From assembly GCA_965644315.1 (NCBI GenBank), contig CBFFRQ010000056.1:186001-250000 (forward strand): a DNA stretch of 64,000 bases, in the 5' to 3' direction. This document shows positions 44,852-56,260 of the stretch, piece after piece. This DNA is from Caecitellus pseudoparvulus. Lineage: Eukaryota > Protista > Bigyra: Bicosoecida. The position numbers and the translations under genes are program-made. The notes under the pieces are model-generated. The model made no database searches, was not told the DNA's origin, and saw only the letters and a program-made list of their open reading frames with translations. Numbering within the stretch: position 1 is the stretch's first letter; every line of letters begins with the position of its first letter.

Positions 44852-45347
44852 GCCAGTTGGCTCGCCTTTTTCTGTCTGAAGCAGTCTCCAACGCCTCTCT
44901 GGAGGCGCACCAGTGCCTCTGCCGGGCACTCAGGCTACACAAGTAGCCTGCACGGGGTGAATGGGATGTGTGGCGGGTGGTTTCGGTGTTCGGGGGAAGA
45001 TTCCCACGCTGTCAGTCCTGAGTTTCGGCACCCGACTTCAGGAAGCTGATTTGAGCTGAGAGACATCACTTTGGCGTGGTGGACACCCCCTGATTGAGCC
45101 TGTGCCCCCCCTACACACCCCAACGTTGCCGCCAGGGAGGGCGCCCCAAACAAAATCCACGATGCCGGAGTGACCCCCGCCGCCCCCCACCCACCCCCAC
45201 CTCGCCCGCACTTCGAAGACACTGCTGTGTCTTTGATCACCAGTTTCCACGCGGCAGGCTGTGCGTGCGGAATTTGATCCGGTGCACTTTCCACCTTTGG
45301 GGTCTTGCAGCAGCGGGGGTTGCTCTTCACAGCACTAAGCTATCGAC

Positions 45348-46756
45348 ATGGCGCTGGAAGCACGTGATTTTTCCCGTTCTGAAGTGCTGTCCCCCGCCCC
45401 CACTCGCGGCATGGGGCTGCACATCCAGGCACAGGCGCTGGCTGACGACACCGCCGACGACGTCTGCTTGACCACAGACAGCACCCACATGGGGGGCTGC
45501 CAGCCCCTTCAGATCGTCCAGGAGCTGCTGCAAGACAAGAGCCTGTTGATGTCGGCAAGCATGAGCACTGTGCAGGGCGCGGGCAGCCACGCTGGCATGC
45601 TGTCCGCGTCGGATTCCCTGGGGTCCGAGGTGGACTTCTCCGAAGCGGCCCACCACTCCTTGATGCCCAGCAGCCCGGTAGCCATGCTGAACCGCCCCTC
45701 GCGGTGCTTGGCCCGCAAGTGCAGCCTCGGCACGGCCGTCTCCACGCTGCCTTTGGGTGACCAAGCAGACCCGACGCACGACTCCAACCACGAGTACGTC
45801 CACCCGAAGTTCGGCCTGAAATTGCAGGGGGTCTTGGCAGAAATGGGTGCCATTTGGTGCAAGGGCTCAGACTACGGCTCCGTAAGTTTCCCGCCACGCA
45901 CTGCACCGTTGACTGCCTGCGCAAACATGTTGCCACGGGCGTTTCCGGCGCGGACTGCCTTGCCTCACGCCTCCTTTCCCCCACCCTTCGCAGCACGAGT
46001 ACTCCCTGCAGAGTCAGGATGGCACGATTAAGTTCAGCGTGCAGTATTTCCTGGATCCCTTTTCCCCTGTGTCTGTGCCCTTCACGTCTGCCTTCCTTCT
46101 TCGCGTGTTGCCTGTGTCCCTGCCTGTGAGTACTTCGCGTTGCCCTGCTTTTGCAGCACCCTGGCGCACCATGCAAGCCCTGCCTGGCTCCTCACAGACT
46201 GCCAAGGCAGAAGCTGACTTCCCCTCGCTTGTGGTTGAGTGCATTCGCGATGGAATCATGCGGGCCATGGCCTCAGACCCGCCTTGCTCTGCAGACCTCC
46301 TTGGCTCTCAACACGGGTGAGCGAGAGCCGCGGCCGCGGCTGCAGGCCCCTCCCCCGACCGTGCATGCTCTTTGCGCCGGTGTTAGATTTGATACACACC
46401 AGCCTGGCCACATGGCCGGCGCTCCCGCAGCGCGCCGGTGCCAGGCTGGGGCGCCCATGTCCACCCAGCAGTGGCAGACCTGGGCGCCGACTGTGCGAGG
46501 CACCCGCAACGAACGGCTGCGCAGCGTGTGGCCTCGCATTGTCCCCCCACAGGGAACTGTCAGCAAGCCGCAGTTCCCTGTGGGTGTCCCGCGGCGGTGG
46601 CGGTTTGGGGCTTCACGGACCCCCTCCCCCACCTTCTGGAAGTCCCTCACAATGCAAGCGATTGCAGAAGCTGCGCCCGACCTGTATTCTGCATTGGAGG
46701 TTGACTTTGCGCTGTCAACCCACTCCCAGCCTGCTCTCACAAGCTGGGGCATGTGA
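45348..46756 (+). CDS. Hypothetical protein
   Basis: Phase-consistent GT-AG introns 45882..46011, 46126..46197 (in frame, optional) and 46317..46386 link ORFs 45348, 46039 and 46151. No domain recognised. Confidence 0.45.
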
Positions 46757-46938
46757 AGCTTTGCAATCGGATGGTCCTGGCGTCATCGCTGGGCGCCGAG
46801 CTGCCTTCGGCTAGAAGCGGTCCAGGCCCACGCCTGCTGTGGCAGAGCAGTGCACTGCAGACTGCAGTCGAACGAGAGGCGGTTCAGCTGCGCCTGGCCT
46901 CTCCTCCGAGTGGTGGTGAAGTTGAAGCGCTAAGCACA

Positions 46939-47427
46939 TCACCGGTTGTTTTGCGTGTGAGCAGCGCCTGCCTGCCCGTCCTCGATCTCCTTGGCAGGAC
47001 CTTGCTCCTCCTCATCCTCACTGTCGTCTTCATCGGGCAACTCAGCCAGCAATGCCTCGCGGGCATGGAAGACCTTGCACTGCAGGTAATACGAGCCGCC
47101 CTGCTCGGGGTCGTTCTTGTCAAAGTGGCGTTGGAACGCCTCCATGATGGCAGCGCGTGTCAGCTCGCTTTCTTCCAACTGCAGGATGGACTTTGCTTGG
47201 GAGACAGCCATGGCCCCTCTTCTCACCGCTGCCTTGGCTACTTTCTGTGGTCCTTCTGCGGCGGAAATTGATACAATCGTGCCACACGGGTGTGCAGCCT
47301 GCACTCGCCGCCACACGCTGCACGCACGGGCTGCGGCCTGCTGGTAAGCCTGGGAAAATGCCTTGATGAAGACGCTGCCCCCAGCCAGCACCAGCTGCGT
47401 GACGATGCGTGCGATGGGGCCTGCCAT
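46939..47427 (-). CDS. PAM16: Mitochondrial import motor subunit Pam16/Tim16
   Basis: QLVLAGGSVFIKAFSQAYQQA, MAVSQAKSILQL and FDKNDPEQGGSYYLQCKVFHAREAL. In-frame intron 47327..47256 (72 nt). Confidence 0.92.
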   Translation of the reverse strand: MAGPIARIVTQLVLAGGSVFIKAFSQAYQQAAARACSVWRRVQAAHPCGTIVSISAAEGPQKVAKAAVRRGAMAVSQAKSILQLEESELTRAAIMEAFQRHFDKNDPEQGGSYYLQCKVFHAREALLAELPDEDDSEDEEEQGPAKEIEDGQAGAAHTQNNR

Positions 47428-47668
47428 GCTGAAAACGTGGCGGGCAAGTGAACAGGACCGGTAGGCTGGCCAGAGCGAGTGCCGAGATCCGGGAAGAGGG
47501 CAAGCAGAGCTTGAAATGTAAGGAAGTCCAAGGAGTGCACAAAGGACTGGCAGGCAACATATTTTGCCTCGCGCCGTTCGTAGAGCGATTGAATTGAAAG
47601 CCGAACGCAAGTGCTGGGGGAGCCTTCCTCCTCAACTGTCGCGAACACGAGGGTCCAGCAGGGGCAGC

Positions 47669-49084
47669 CTACAGGAACGAAGCCTGGCCCACACGGATGA
47701 CGCTGGCATACCGCTTGCGGGGTGCGTCTTGCCCTGCCTGCTCTCCAGCTGCCCCAGGGTCAGCGGGGTTGGTCGGTGCTCCCACCACAACCTCTGCAAA
47801 GTACGACGCTGCCAGCTGCTCCCCCGGCAAGGTGGGCTTGGCGCGAAACTGCTCCCGCTGTGCAGGGGACACCCCTCCCCAACCACTTGCCGGGACTTCG
47901 GCCTGCTGGCGCCTGCTGGGCGGCGTCCTTCTCCCACTAACCCGGTCTTCCGGCAAAGATGGCGGGAGCGGCGCATGCCGATCCTGCCTCACACCCCCGC
48001 GCGGCAGCACCGCAGACAAGGGGCGGGAGGCCTGCCCCGCCCTGCCCCCGCCACTTCGCCCCCTAGCACCGGGTGCCTGTACAAGCACCGAGTGGCTTCG
48101 CTTGGAGGGGTGTTCAGGGGGGGTTCCCATGATGTCTACCGTTGCATCAGTGACGCCGGCGCTGCACACAAGTGCCTGGCCCTCTTCGTCGCGTTTGCAA
48201 GTGCTGTGACAGGCATCACTGGACGCCGAGCTGCTAGTACGGTGAGGTTCCTTGCTACCTTGCTGTGGGCTGCCGTCTGACTGGTCGTCTGAGTCGTGGG
48301 AGCGCCCGCCCCAGCTCTGCACGGAGCAGGTGGAGCCCCCTGACTCATGCCCGCCGTCACCTGCCCTGTCTTCAAGTTCGTGCAGCTGGGTCTGGGGGGG
48401 GCCACTGGGAAGCTCATCGCTGGCGTGCTGGGGACGCCCAGGGGGCGCCCCACTTACCACGCCCATCTCCAAGCCGGTGTGGCTTCCCTCCGGTGTCCCT
48501 CGCGTAGTAGCTACCGCAGGTCGCAGACTGCCCCGGGGAGAGGCAAATTGAAACTTGGAGCCGGCACGTTTCATGCGGATGGAGGCATCTTCAGGCTCAG
48601 CCCTGCAGCAGCAACAGCAGGAGCTGCAAGTGGAGGCTCGGGGAGGGTGCTCTGGTGGGCTTGTGCCGGAGGCAGGCTCCTCGAAGGCCATGGCTTGCGA
48701 TCGCAGGCGCACGGACGGGCGGCTTGTGTGGGGCTGGCGCCGCACGTCGTCTTGCAGGCGCGCCCCGAGCAGTGTCCCCGGAACTCCCGAGGAGCGGGCA
48801 CCTGCCGCGGAGCCCAGCGCGCCGATCTGCAGCACCCGGCTTTGCCGAGGAGAAGGGGTGAGCAGGGAGGACCGAGGTGCAGGCGGGCCTGATCGACGGG
48901 CATTTCCCACCACAAGTGAAAGCAGTGCAGCCAGGGCGGCCAGCAGGGCAACGCTCGCTGCTGCCGCAAGGGGCACGCCCGAAAGGAGAGCTGTGTCTGG
49001 TGACGAGCGAAGGTGTGGCGAGGGCTCGGCAGAGGAAGGGGTAGCCAGGCATGGGCAGGCAATGCAGAGGAAGAATAGCAACAT
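47669..49084 (-). CDS. Hypothetical single-pass membrane protein with disordered cytoplasmic tail
   Basis: Signal-like MLLFFLCIACPCLA, TM AAAASVALLAALAALLSLVV and a Cys cluster CSSCCCCC. The ORF could start further upstream (49192). Confidence 0.5.
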   Translation of the reverse strand: MLLFFLCIACPCLATPSSAEPSPHLRSSPDTALLSGVPLAAAASVALLAALAALLSLVVGNARRSGPPAPRSSLLTPSPRQSRVLQIGALGSAAGARSSGVPGTLLGARLQDDVRRQPHTSRPSVRLRSQAMAFEEPASGTSPPEHPPRASTCSSCCCCCRAEPEDASIRMKRAGSKFQFASPRGSLRPAVATTRGTPEGSHTGLEMGVVSGAPPGRPQHASDELPSGPPQTQLHELEDRAGDGGHESGGSTCSVQSWGGRSHDSDDQSDGSPQQGSKEPHRTSSSASSDACHSTCKRDEEGQALVCSAGVTDATVDIMGTPPEHPSKRSHSVLVQAPGARGRSGGGRAGQASRPLSAVLPRGGVRQDRHAPLPPSLPEDRVSGRRTPPSRRQQAEVPASGWGGVSPAQREQFRAKPTLPGEQLAASYFAEVVVGAPTNPADPGAAGEQAGQDAPRKRYASVIRVGQASFL

Positions 49085-49495
49085 GCAGAGGTTATGGCTT
49101 CGCTCCCATCCGACCAAACGCCGTGCATGGCTGGGTGACGACCCATTGGCGATGGAGGTGATTGGAGGCATCGCGGCGACTGGCAGCAGCATGTTGCATG
49201 TCTTCAGCTGCAGAGTGCAGCAATGCGTGCTCAGGCCAGGGATACACGCTGAAGGAGCAGGAGCTGAGCGGGGGCACCCTCAGGCACCAGCATGCGGCGG
49301 TTGACGAGCGTTGGGGCGTAGGCCGGCGCACCCTGCGAGCGGGTTGGCTGGCTTGGCCAGTCAGGTGCAGTTCAGCAACGAAGCCTCAGCGTCTGTCACG
49401 AGCAGGGCAGGAGGCAGGCCTAGGGTAGTCCAACAGCGGTCAGATCACGTTTATACAGTGTTGAATTGGTTGTGCTGCAGAGGCCGCCGGGAGCG

Positions 49496-51357
49496 TCACT
49501 CCCACTCAATGGTGGCGGGGGGCTTGCTGGAGATGTCATAGCAGACGCGGTTGATGCCGGGCACCTCGTTGATGATGCGTGTGGAGATGCGGCCTAGGAG
49601 GTCATACGGCATCTTGTACCAGTCTGCCGTCATGTAGTCGCTGGTTTCCACTGCGCGCAGCGCGCACACCTGCTCGTACGTGCGGCCATCTCCCATGACA
49701 CCCACGCTCTTGACGGGCAGCAGGGCGGCGAAGGCCTGCCCAATGTTGTAGTACTCCCCAGACCGCATGAGCTCTTCCATGAAAATGGCGTCTGCCGCAC
49801 GCACCTTACCCAGTGCCTCCTTAGAGATGGCGCCCAGGCAGCGGATGGCCAGGCCAGGGCCGGGAAAGGGGTGCCGGTACACCGAGGACTTGGGCAGGCC
49901 CATTTCCACGCCAAGCGCCCGCACTTCGTCCTTGAACAGCTCCCGCAGGGGCTCGATGAGGCCTAGCTTCATCACGTCCTTCAGCCCGCCGACGTTGTGG
50001 TGGGTCTTGATGGTGGCGCTGGGCCCCTTGAAGGACACGCTCTCGATGACGTCAGGGTACAGCGTGCCCTGCAGCAGCCACTGGCAGCTGGGCAGCTTGG
50101 CAGCCTCGCGTTCAAACACATCGATAAACGTGTGCCCGATGATCTTGCGCTTGGCCTCGGGGTCCGACACACCGTCCAGTGCTCCCAGGAACTCCTCTGC
50201 GGCGTCCACGAGTGTCAGGTTCACGCCACAGTCCTCCCGCAGGCGCTTCAACACGAGCGCCGCTTCGTCCTTGCGCAGGAGACCGTTGTCGACCATGACG
50301 GCATGGAAGCGGTCGCCGATGGCACGGTTCAGCAGCACCGCCGCAACCGTGGAGTCAACGCCGCCCGAGACAGCCCCGATGACGTGGCCTTCGGGCCCCA
50401 CCAAGGCCTGGATACTGGTCACCGCCTCTGCCACGAACGCAGCCATGCTCCAGTCGGCCGTCGCCTTGCAGGCCTGCAGGACGAAGGCGGCCAGCATTGC
50501 GCGGCCCTGCTGGGAGTGGTTCACCTCCGGGTGGAACTGCAGGCCGTACCAGTGCTTGGTGGGGTGCACCATGGCCGCGTGCTCGCAGTTGTCAGTGCGA
50601 GCGATGGTCACAAAGTCTGCTGGCAGGGCAGTGATCTTGTCCCCGTGGCTCATCCACACCACGCTCTCAGCGTCCACGCCTGACAGGATGTCCTCGCTGG
50701 TCACCTCCACATCGCTGGGCGGCGTGCGCACCAGGGTCGCATTGCCATACTCCCGCTTCCCTGCTGCCTCCACCTTCCCGCCAAGGTACGTGGTCATCTC
50801 TTGGAAGCCGTAGCAAATGCCCAGCACAGGCCAGCCAGCTTCTTCCATTGCAGTCCACATCTCGGGCTTTACGTGTGGCGCACCTTCCTCGTATACACTG
50901 AGCAGGGGCAAGGCGGAGCTACCATGAACATGGTCCAAACACAGTGATTACCCTGCTGGTTCGCGTATGACGGGTGATCCCCACAGTCGGCAGGCGCCGC
51001 CGTGTGTGTGTGAGCTCAAATACCGCAAGGTCAGCCTCGTTGTGCGGCTTGCCTCACCTGTACGGGCCTCCAGACAAAATAACGCCCCGAATATCCTTTT
51101 CTTCCAGAATACTGGTGTCACTGTTGCAAGCATGCAGCTCACAGTACACGTTGAGCTCTGCAAAAGGTAGATTCCGGGCGCCGGCGTGTTCACAAGAAAC
51201 TGTGAGTGGCGCTCGTTAACAGCTGCTGCTCACCTCGCACGCGCCGCGCGATCAGGTGAGAGTACTGGGAACCGAAGTCCAAGATGAGGATCATGCTGTG
51301 GTGGGCAGCCCCCAGTGGCCCTGCTGCAGCCGCAGGAGCAGGCACTGCTGCAGCCAT
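49496..51357 (-). CDS. GUA1: GMP synthase (glutamine-hydrolysing)
   Basis: ILDFGSQYSHLIARRVR|ELNVYCE..VILSGGPYS|VYE, GICYG, QFHPEV, SGGVDS, IKTHHNVGG, RHPFPGPG and SKPPATIEWE. Introns 51233..51158 and 51057..50898. Confidence 0.97.
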
Positions 51358-51604
51358 GGTGCTCGCCGAGGTGGTGCTCTGAGGGGTGCTACAAAGTGGC
51401 TCAGTCAACTGCCCTGCGGTGAAGCACAGACGGTACGCCGTGCAAAAATCAAGAAGCTGGAAGTATGGGTGGGATTTTGCTGCTGCCTGCTCACTGTGCC
51501 AAAGTCCTGCTGGCACTCGCCACGGCTCCCATTTTGCCGAGGGCGCTTGTCCCACCTGCGCAGCTTGCCACCTGCTCACGAGTGCCCAGCTGAAAACGCG
51601 CACC

Positions 51605-52708
51605 ATGTCCAGATGGGGGCGGCACAACCAGTCCAGCATCGCGTTTGGTGATGACAGCAACCCTGCCGCGCCGCTGCCAAGCAGGGCTCCGCAGCGGCAG
51701 GGACACCAGCACCACTCTGCAGCACAGCCGGCTGCGACGGGACAGTTCACAGCACAGCAAGGCAGTGTACCTGCGCCCTCCCGCATGGGAGCACCAGGTT
51801 CAGTCCCTGCGCAGTCATCAGCGAGTGCTGCCCGCCTGGGCCAGTGGCAGCGAAAGCGCCAGCAGTTCTTGAGCGGGCAGAAACGGCAGCCAGAGCCAGC
51901 CATGCCGGGCACTGCTCGGGGCTCAGGCTCTGCGCACCACACATCAGCAAGGCGTGTACCTGTTGAGTATGGGTCTGCTTCGAAACCCGTTCCGTCCGAC
52001 AGGAACCGCCAGGGATCTCGGGGGGGCGCTCCCCAGTCTGCCTCGCGTTTCGCCAGCGTTGCAGAGTCGCATGCACCTACCCAGCAACAGCCAGGCGCCT
52101 CTGCCCTGTATGGACGTCGGGCAGCGCCCCAAGGCAGCCAGCGCGCCTCTCTCACGCGACCTGCTGTCGGAATCGCTCCCGGCGTCGGAGCTGCTGTGGC
52201 AGGGAGACGGGCGCCAGCGCAGCCCTCAGCTCACGAGCAACTGAAGGCTGCAGCTGCTTCCCGCCCGCCAGCGCCCAAGCCGCGGCAGGGCACTTCTCGC
52301 AGGGACCAAGTGTGGGAGGCCAAGCGAGCGGCGAACCGCTCTCGCCGTGCTGCAGCTGGTGCTGCGTCAGCGCCGCCGCAGGGCGCCCAGCGCCGTGGGT
52401 GGTCCCCCATCACCAGCCCCGCCCAGGCGGCAGGTGGTTTGCATGGGCCCACAGGCCAGCCAGCGAGGAGCTCGGCTGGCCAGGAGAGGGGTACGCAGCC
52501 GCCCGCCCCACAGAGCAGACAACACCAGCAACCGCTGCGGCACCAGCAGGGCACAGTGCCTCCCGCGGCGGGGCGTGCCGGCCAACAATACTCCACAGGG
52601 CAGGCAGGTCAAGGAAGTGCTCCTGCTGGGTTCGCAGGGCATGTGGCGGCAGCAGGCGGCAGGCGCACTCGTCCGCCAGGCGGGGGCAGCTCCTTCGTGC
52701 TGGGCTGA
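51605..52708 (+). CDS. Disordered protein with HN1/Jupiter/SPIRAL1-type PPGGxSS motif
   Basis: N-terminal SSIAFGDD and C-terminal RPPGGGSSFVLG-stop. The rest is Q/A/P/R-rich low-complexity sequence. Confidence 0.6.
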   Translation: MSRWGRHNQSSIAFGDDSNPAAPLPSRAPQRQGHQHHSAAQPAATGQFTAQQGSVPAPSRMGAPGSVPAQSSASAARLGQWQRKRQQFLSGQKRQPEPAMPGTARGSGSAHHTSARRVPVEYGSASKPVPSDRNRQGSRGGAPQSASRFASVAESHAPTQQQPGASALYGRRAAPQGSQRASLTRPAVGIAPGVGAAVAGRRAPAQPSAHEQLKAAAASRPPAPKPRQGTSRRDQVWEAKRAANRSRRAAAGAASAPPQGAQRRGWSPITSPAQAAGGLHGPTGQPARSSAGQERGTQPPAPQSRQHQQPLRHQQGTVPPAAGRAGQQYSTGQAGQGSAPAGFAGHVAAAGGRRTRPPGGGSSFVLG

Positions 52709-52961
52709 GGGGATGGGAGAGGCAGAGCGCTTCCAGGACGCAAAATTCACACCCCAGAATTTGCACACTGGCGAATGTGCCGCTGGTGCAGTGCACGCCC
52801 TGCAACGACCGCGCTACATGAACCAGCGATAGCGGCCGGAAGACACTATCACATTCGCACTCAGCACATCGCGTGCGACAGGCCGGTGCACGCACTGTCG
52901 TTGACCATTGACAGGCAAAGGTGGCTCGCAGTTGCAGGAAGCAGCAAGTGTGTGTGTCAGA

Positions 52962-54481
52962 ATGGGCACGAGCAGCAGCAAGCAGCTGTTTGTGAGTGGC
53001 TGCGTGTGGCGCCGCGGCAACGGTGCGCAGCAGGTGCTCGAGACATTCTACGGTGGCGCGTGCCGCAGGACGCAGCAAGCGCAGGAGACGCCAAAGCACT
53101 GAACAAACTTCTGCCAAAGGCACATCTAGAAGCACTCAACACGCCTTTCCCAGCTGCAGTGGACCCCAGCCGAGGCACGGCGCTGCATGCGGCCGCCGCT
53201 CACGGGCACGTGGGTGCCGTCACATCGCTCCTCCAGCGCGGAGCCAAGCCCAACATCGTAGATGCAGCCGGCTGCACGCCTCTGCATCTGGCCATCTTGC
53301 ACCGGCACGAGGACTGTGTGGGCCAGCTCCTGGTGTCTCTCTTGGCATCAGGGGCTGTGCGGGCCTCGGCGCGGCGACTGGACTTGGGCAGCCCTGCCAC
53401 TGCTTTCGAAGCAGCGTCAGGAGAAGGCGTGCAGGACGCCTCGACGACGCCCTGCACGCCGTTCTATAGCATGGCAGACAACATGGGCAATGTTCCACTG
53501 CTTTTGGCCGCCGAGATGAACTTGCCCAGCACTCTGGGCTTGCTCCTCGACGCCGGCGCCCCGCCAGACACAGACCGCCACCCGTTCACCGGTGACACTG
53601 CGCTGCACATTGCGGCCGAGCAGGGCAACGAGCAGTGCCTGCGCATCCTGCTTGAGCGAGGCGCAAGCCCGGCCATTGCCAATGAGAGTGGGCAAGTGCC
53701 GTTGCACCGCGCTGCTGCCGCCGCCCCTGCGCCTGAAGGAGCCACTGCACAAGGCAGGCAGGGACACTTCGGAGAGTGTGTAACTGCGTTGTTGGAGGCA
53801 GATGCTGGCAGTGCTGTGGCGAAGAACAACTCTAGTGCTACACCTGTGGATGTCGCTTGCCGGTGTGATGCGGGGCGGGACGTGCCAGGCGCCGCTGCAG
53901 CTGCCTTGGTTGCCAGCGCATCCCTCGAGGCACTGTCGGGGCCCAGCCACCAGAACAGCGGGACGGCCCTCCATTCTGCCGTCTTCCATGGCCGGGCGGG
54001 CATACTGCAGGCGCTATTGGATCGGGGCGTGCCGCCCGACTCGCGAAGCGGACTTGGTGACTCGGCGTTGCACCTCGCCGCTGAGCGAGGCGCAGCTGCC
54101 CTCATCCCCCTTCTGGCCCACGCCCATGCAAACGTGAACATCCAGGGCTTAAAACACAAGAAAGCAACCCCTCTGCACATTGCTGCCAAAGGAGACCAGG
54201 TGCAAGCGCTGCAAGCACTGCTGGCAGCTGGGGCAGCGGTGGACGCCACAGACAGGGACGGCAGTACCGCCCTGCACTATGCTGCGGCAGCGGGCGCTCG
54301 CCGTGCACTGCGCGTGTTGCTCACAGACGGCCAGGCAGATCCGGAGACCGAGAACCTGGCAGGCCACACTGCGCTGCACTTTGCACGCAAGCTACGCTCC
54401 AAGCCGTGCATTGCCATGTTGACGGACCCCAGCTCGGTGACGCCATTTGGTAGGGCAGGTGGAGATGCAGCAGCTCAATGA
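52962..54481 (+). CDS. Ankyrin-repeat protein with N-myristoylation motif
   Basis: A 30-nt first exon MGTSSSKQLF is spliced (52992..53068, GTGAGT..CAG) to DAASAGD. About 10 GxT(A/P)LH ankyrin repeats follow. Confidence 0.88.
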
Positions 54482-54675
54482 TGCGTCTGGTAGGTCTCCC
54501 CATCCGAAGTTTCGCCGGGTCCACGGCTCGGACAGCAAGTCACAGACACCTTCCTCGCTGGCACCGGAACGCCCAGGCGGCAAATTCCGAGCACGGGCCC
54601 GCTCCATGGCAGACGTTGCGTGGGCGCAGCGGAATGCAGTGTTGATTTGCTGGATCACTGGAGGGCCTGCCCGCC

Positions 54676-56141
54676 ATGGCAGCGGCTGGAGCTGCGAGGG
54701 GCGGCTGGGGTGCCATGCCCCGCTGGCTGCAAGGCTTATGGCCTCGAAAAGTTGTAGGGGCCCTGGGCAAGAACACGACTTCAGGGAAGAACCTGCAGGC
54801 CAAGCTGGATTTCCAGAAGGCGGCATACTTAGCTGAACTGTACGAGATGCACCGGGCCCTCATGCCTGTGGAAGAAATCTACAGGTGCGTCTGTGCGGTA
54901 ATTGGTTCCATACCCTTGCCGCACTGGCAGCCTCCTACGTGAACGGAGCAGGCTTCAGGACGAAGTGTACCTGCAGTGCTCCAAGATGGAGTTTGGCCAA
55001 GTGGTGCAGACGGTCAATGAACGCTTGACGACGCAGCTGTCGGAGCTGTACCAGCACCTGGCAGACATCGACGCCGGGGACATGCCTGTGCCGGCATCCA
55101 TCCCAACCCTGCCTCACGGCACGACCACCGCCGCCGACACGCCGAGCATTGGGCCCAGCACACACACCAACCCAGAGATGACGCTGGACATGCACGTGAA
55201 GATTTCGGCCGGCGAGCAGGTTCGTGAACCGCTTGGCGCAGGCTCTCCGCCGCAGCACCCCTCGACGCAGCGGCATTGGCACGTGCACAGGAGAAAGCTG
55301 CAAAGCTGCAGCAGCGGCAGCTCATGCTGGCGCGCACTGGTTTTGCACTGTGGCTGGGGCCAACTCAGGCGCCCACCCCCTCCCACTCGGCTGGGGTGTT
55401 CTTGCGAGGGCGGGCACTGCCCGGGCAAGTGGTCGGAGTGTTCCCAGGCGCCGTGTACAACTCGGAAATGCGCCAGAAGGCAGTGGACTTTGGGCACTTT
55501 GCAAACCCTGCCGTGCAACGCATCATCCTCCCTCGCTTTGACGACACCATCCTGGACGTGCACGGAGCAGGCGCCGATGTGTACAACCCCCTTGCAGTGG
55601 CGCACCACGCGCGACACCCCCCAGCCGGGGTCACCCCCAACGTCATGCGCCTGCAGTACGACTACGTGGATGACGAAAACAGTGCGTGCCTGCACGGCCT
55701 CGTGGCTGGTCGGGCTGTCTTCACCCTTGGCGTGCGGGGTTGCCTTTCGCAGATCACTACGGCCACCTGGACTTCCCGCGACACCTTCGGCCGTACATCC
55801 CAAACAAGTGGGGGTCCCTGGTCACTGGCGCACAGACCCTGCATAGCGCCTTGGAACACGGCATCTACATGAAAGGCATGGTGCTGGTGGCCACGCGGGA
55901 GGTGCTGGACGAAGAGCTGTTTGTGGACCATCGCCTGAATCCGTACACCGCCCTGCCTGCATGGTACCGGCCCCTGGACTTGCTGGCTGCACAGCGCACG
56001 TGGATGCAGGTGGCAGGGAAGGGACCAGAGGATGCACCACACCCCTCTGCGACTGCGGCTGGCGCTGCACAGGGCATGGTGGAGCAGGCAGAGTCAGAGG
56101 GGCACGGGCAGCGTGTGCTGGGCGAGACTGGAGAGCGATGA
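54676..56141 (+). CDS. SETD9: SETD9-like SET-domain protein
   Basis: AGVFLRG..GQVVGVFPGAVY, NPLAVAH..HPP..PNV, YIPN and MVLVATREVLDEELF..RL..PAWY. Introns 54885..54951 (or ..54930), 55220..55290 and 55682..55752. Confidence 0.8.
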
Positions 56142-56260
56142 AAGCGGGTGAGGCAAATTCAAATGAACACTAAGCCTGCACACCTCCTGCAACGCAAGAC
56201 TTCGATTCACATTCACTGTGTGAGATCCAGCATCCAACCCCGCTCAAGCCAGCTGTCAAC

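Noticed and set aside
50930-51000. Canonical TPP riboswitch call
   Set aside because: Lacks the UGAGA pyrimidine-binding motif and P4 pairing, and the host gene is not thiamine-related. Kept only as a structured-intron lead.
50898-51057. Two introns plus a micro-exon (internal CAG..GTAAT)
   Set aside because: The implied 1- or 4-nt micro-exon would frameshift the conserved SGGPYS-VYE junction.
49496-51357. Bacterial contamination or recent HGT for GMP synthase and the histidine kinase
   Set aside because: GMP synthase has host-type spliceosomal introns. Both genes match host composition, and both families are widespread in eukaryotes.
52775-52961. ORF-track start of the ankyrin gene (MCRWCS...)
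   Set aside because: A spliced start at 52962 with a strong GTGAGT donor and a myristoylation motif fits better.
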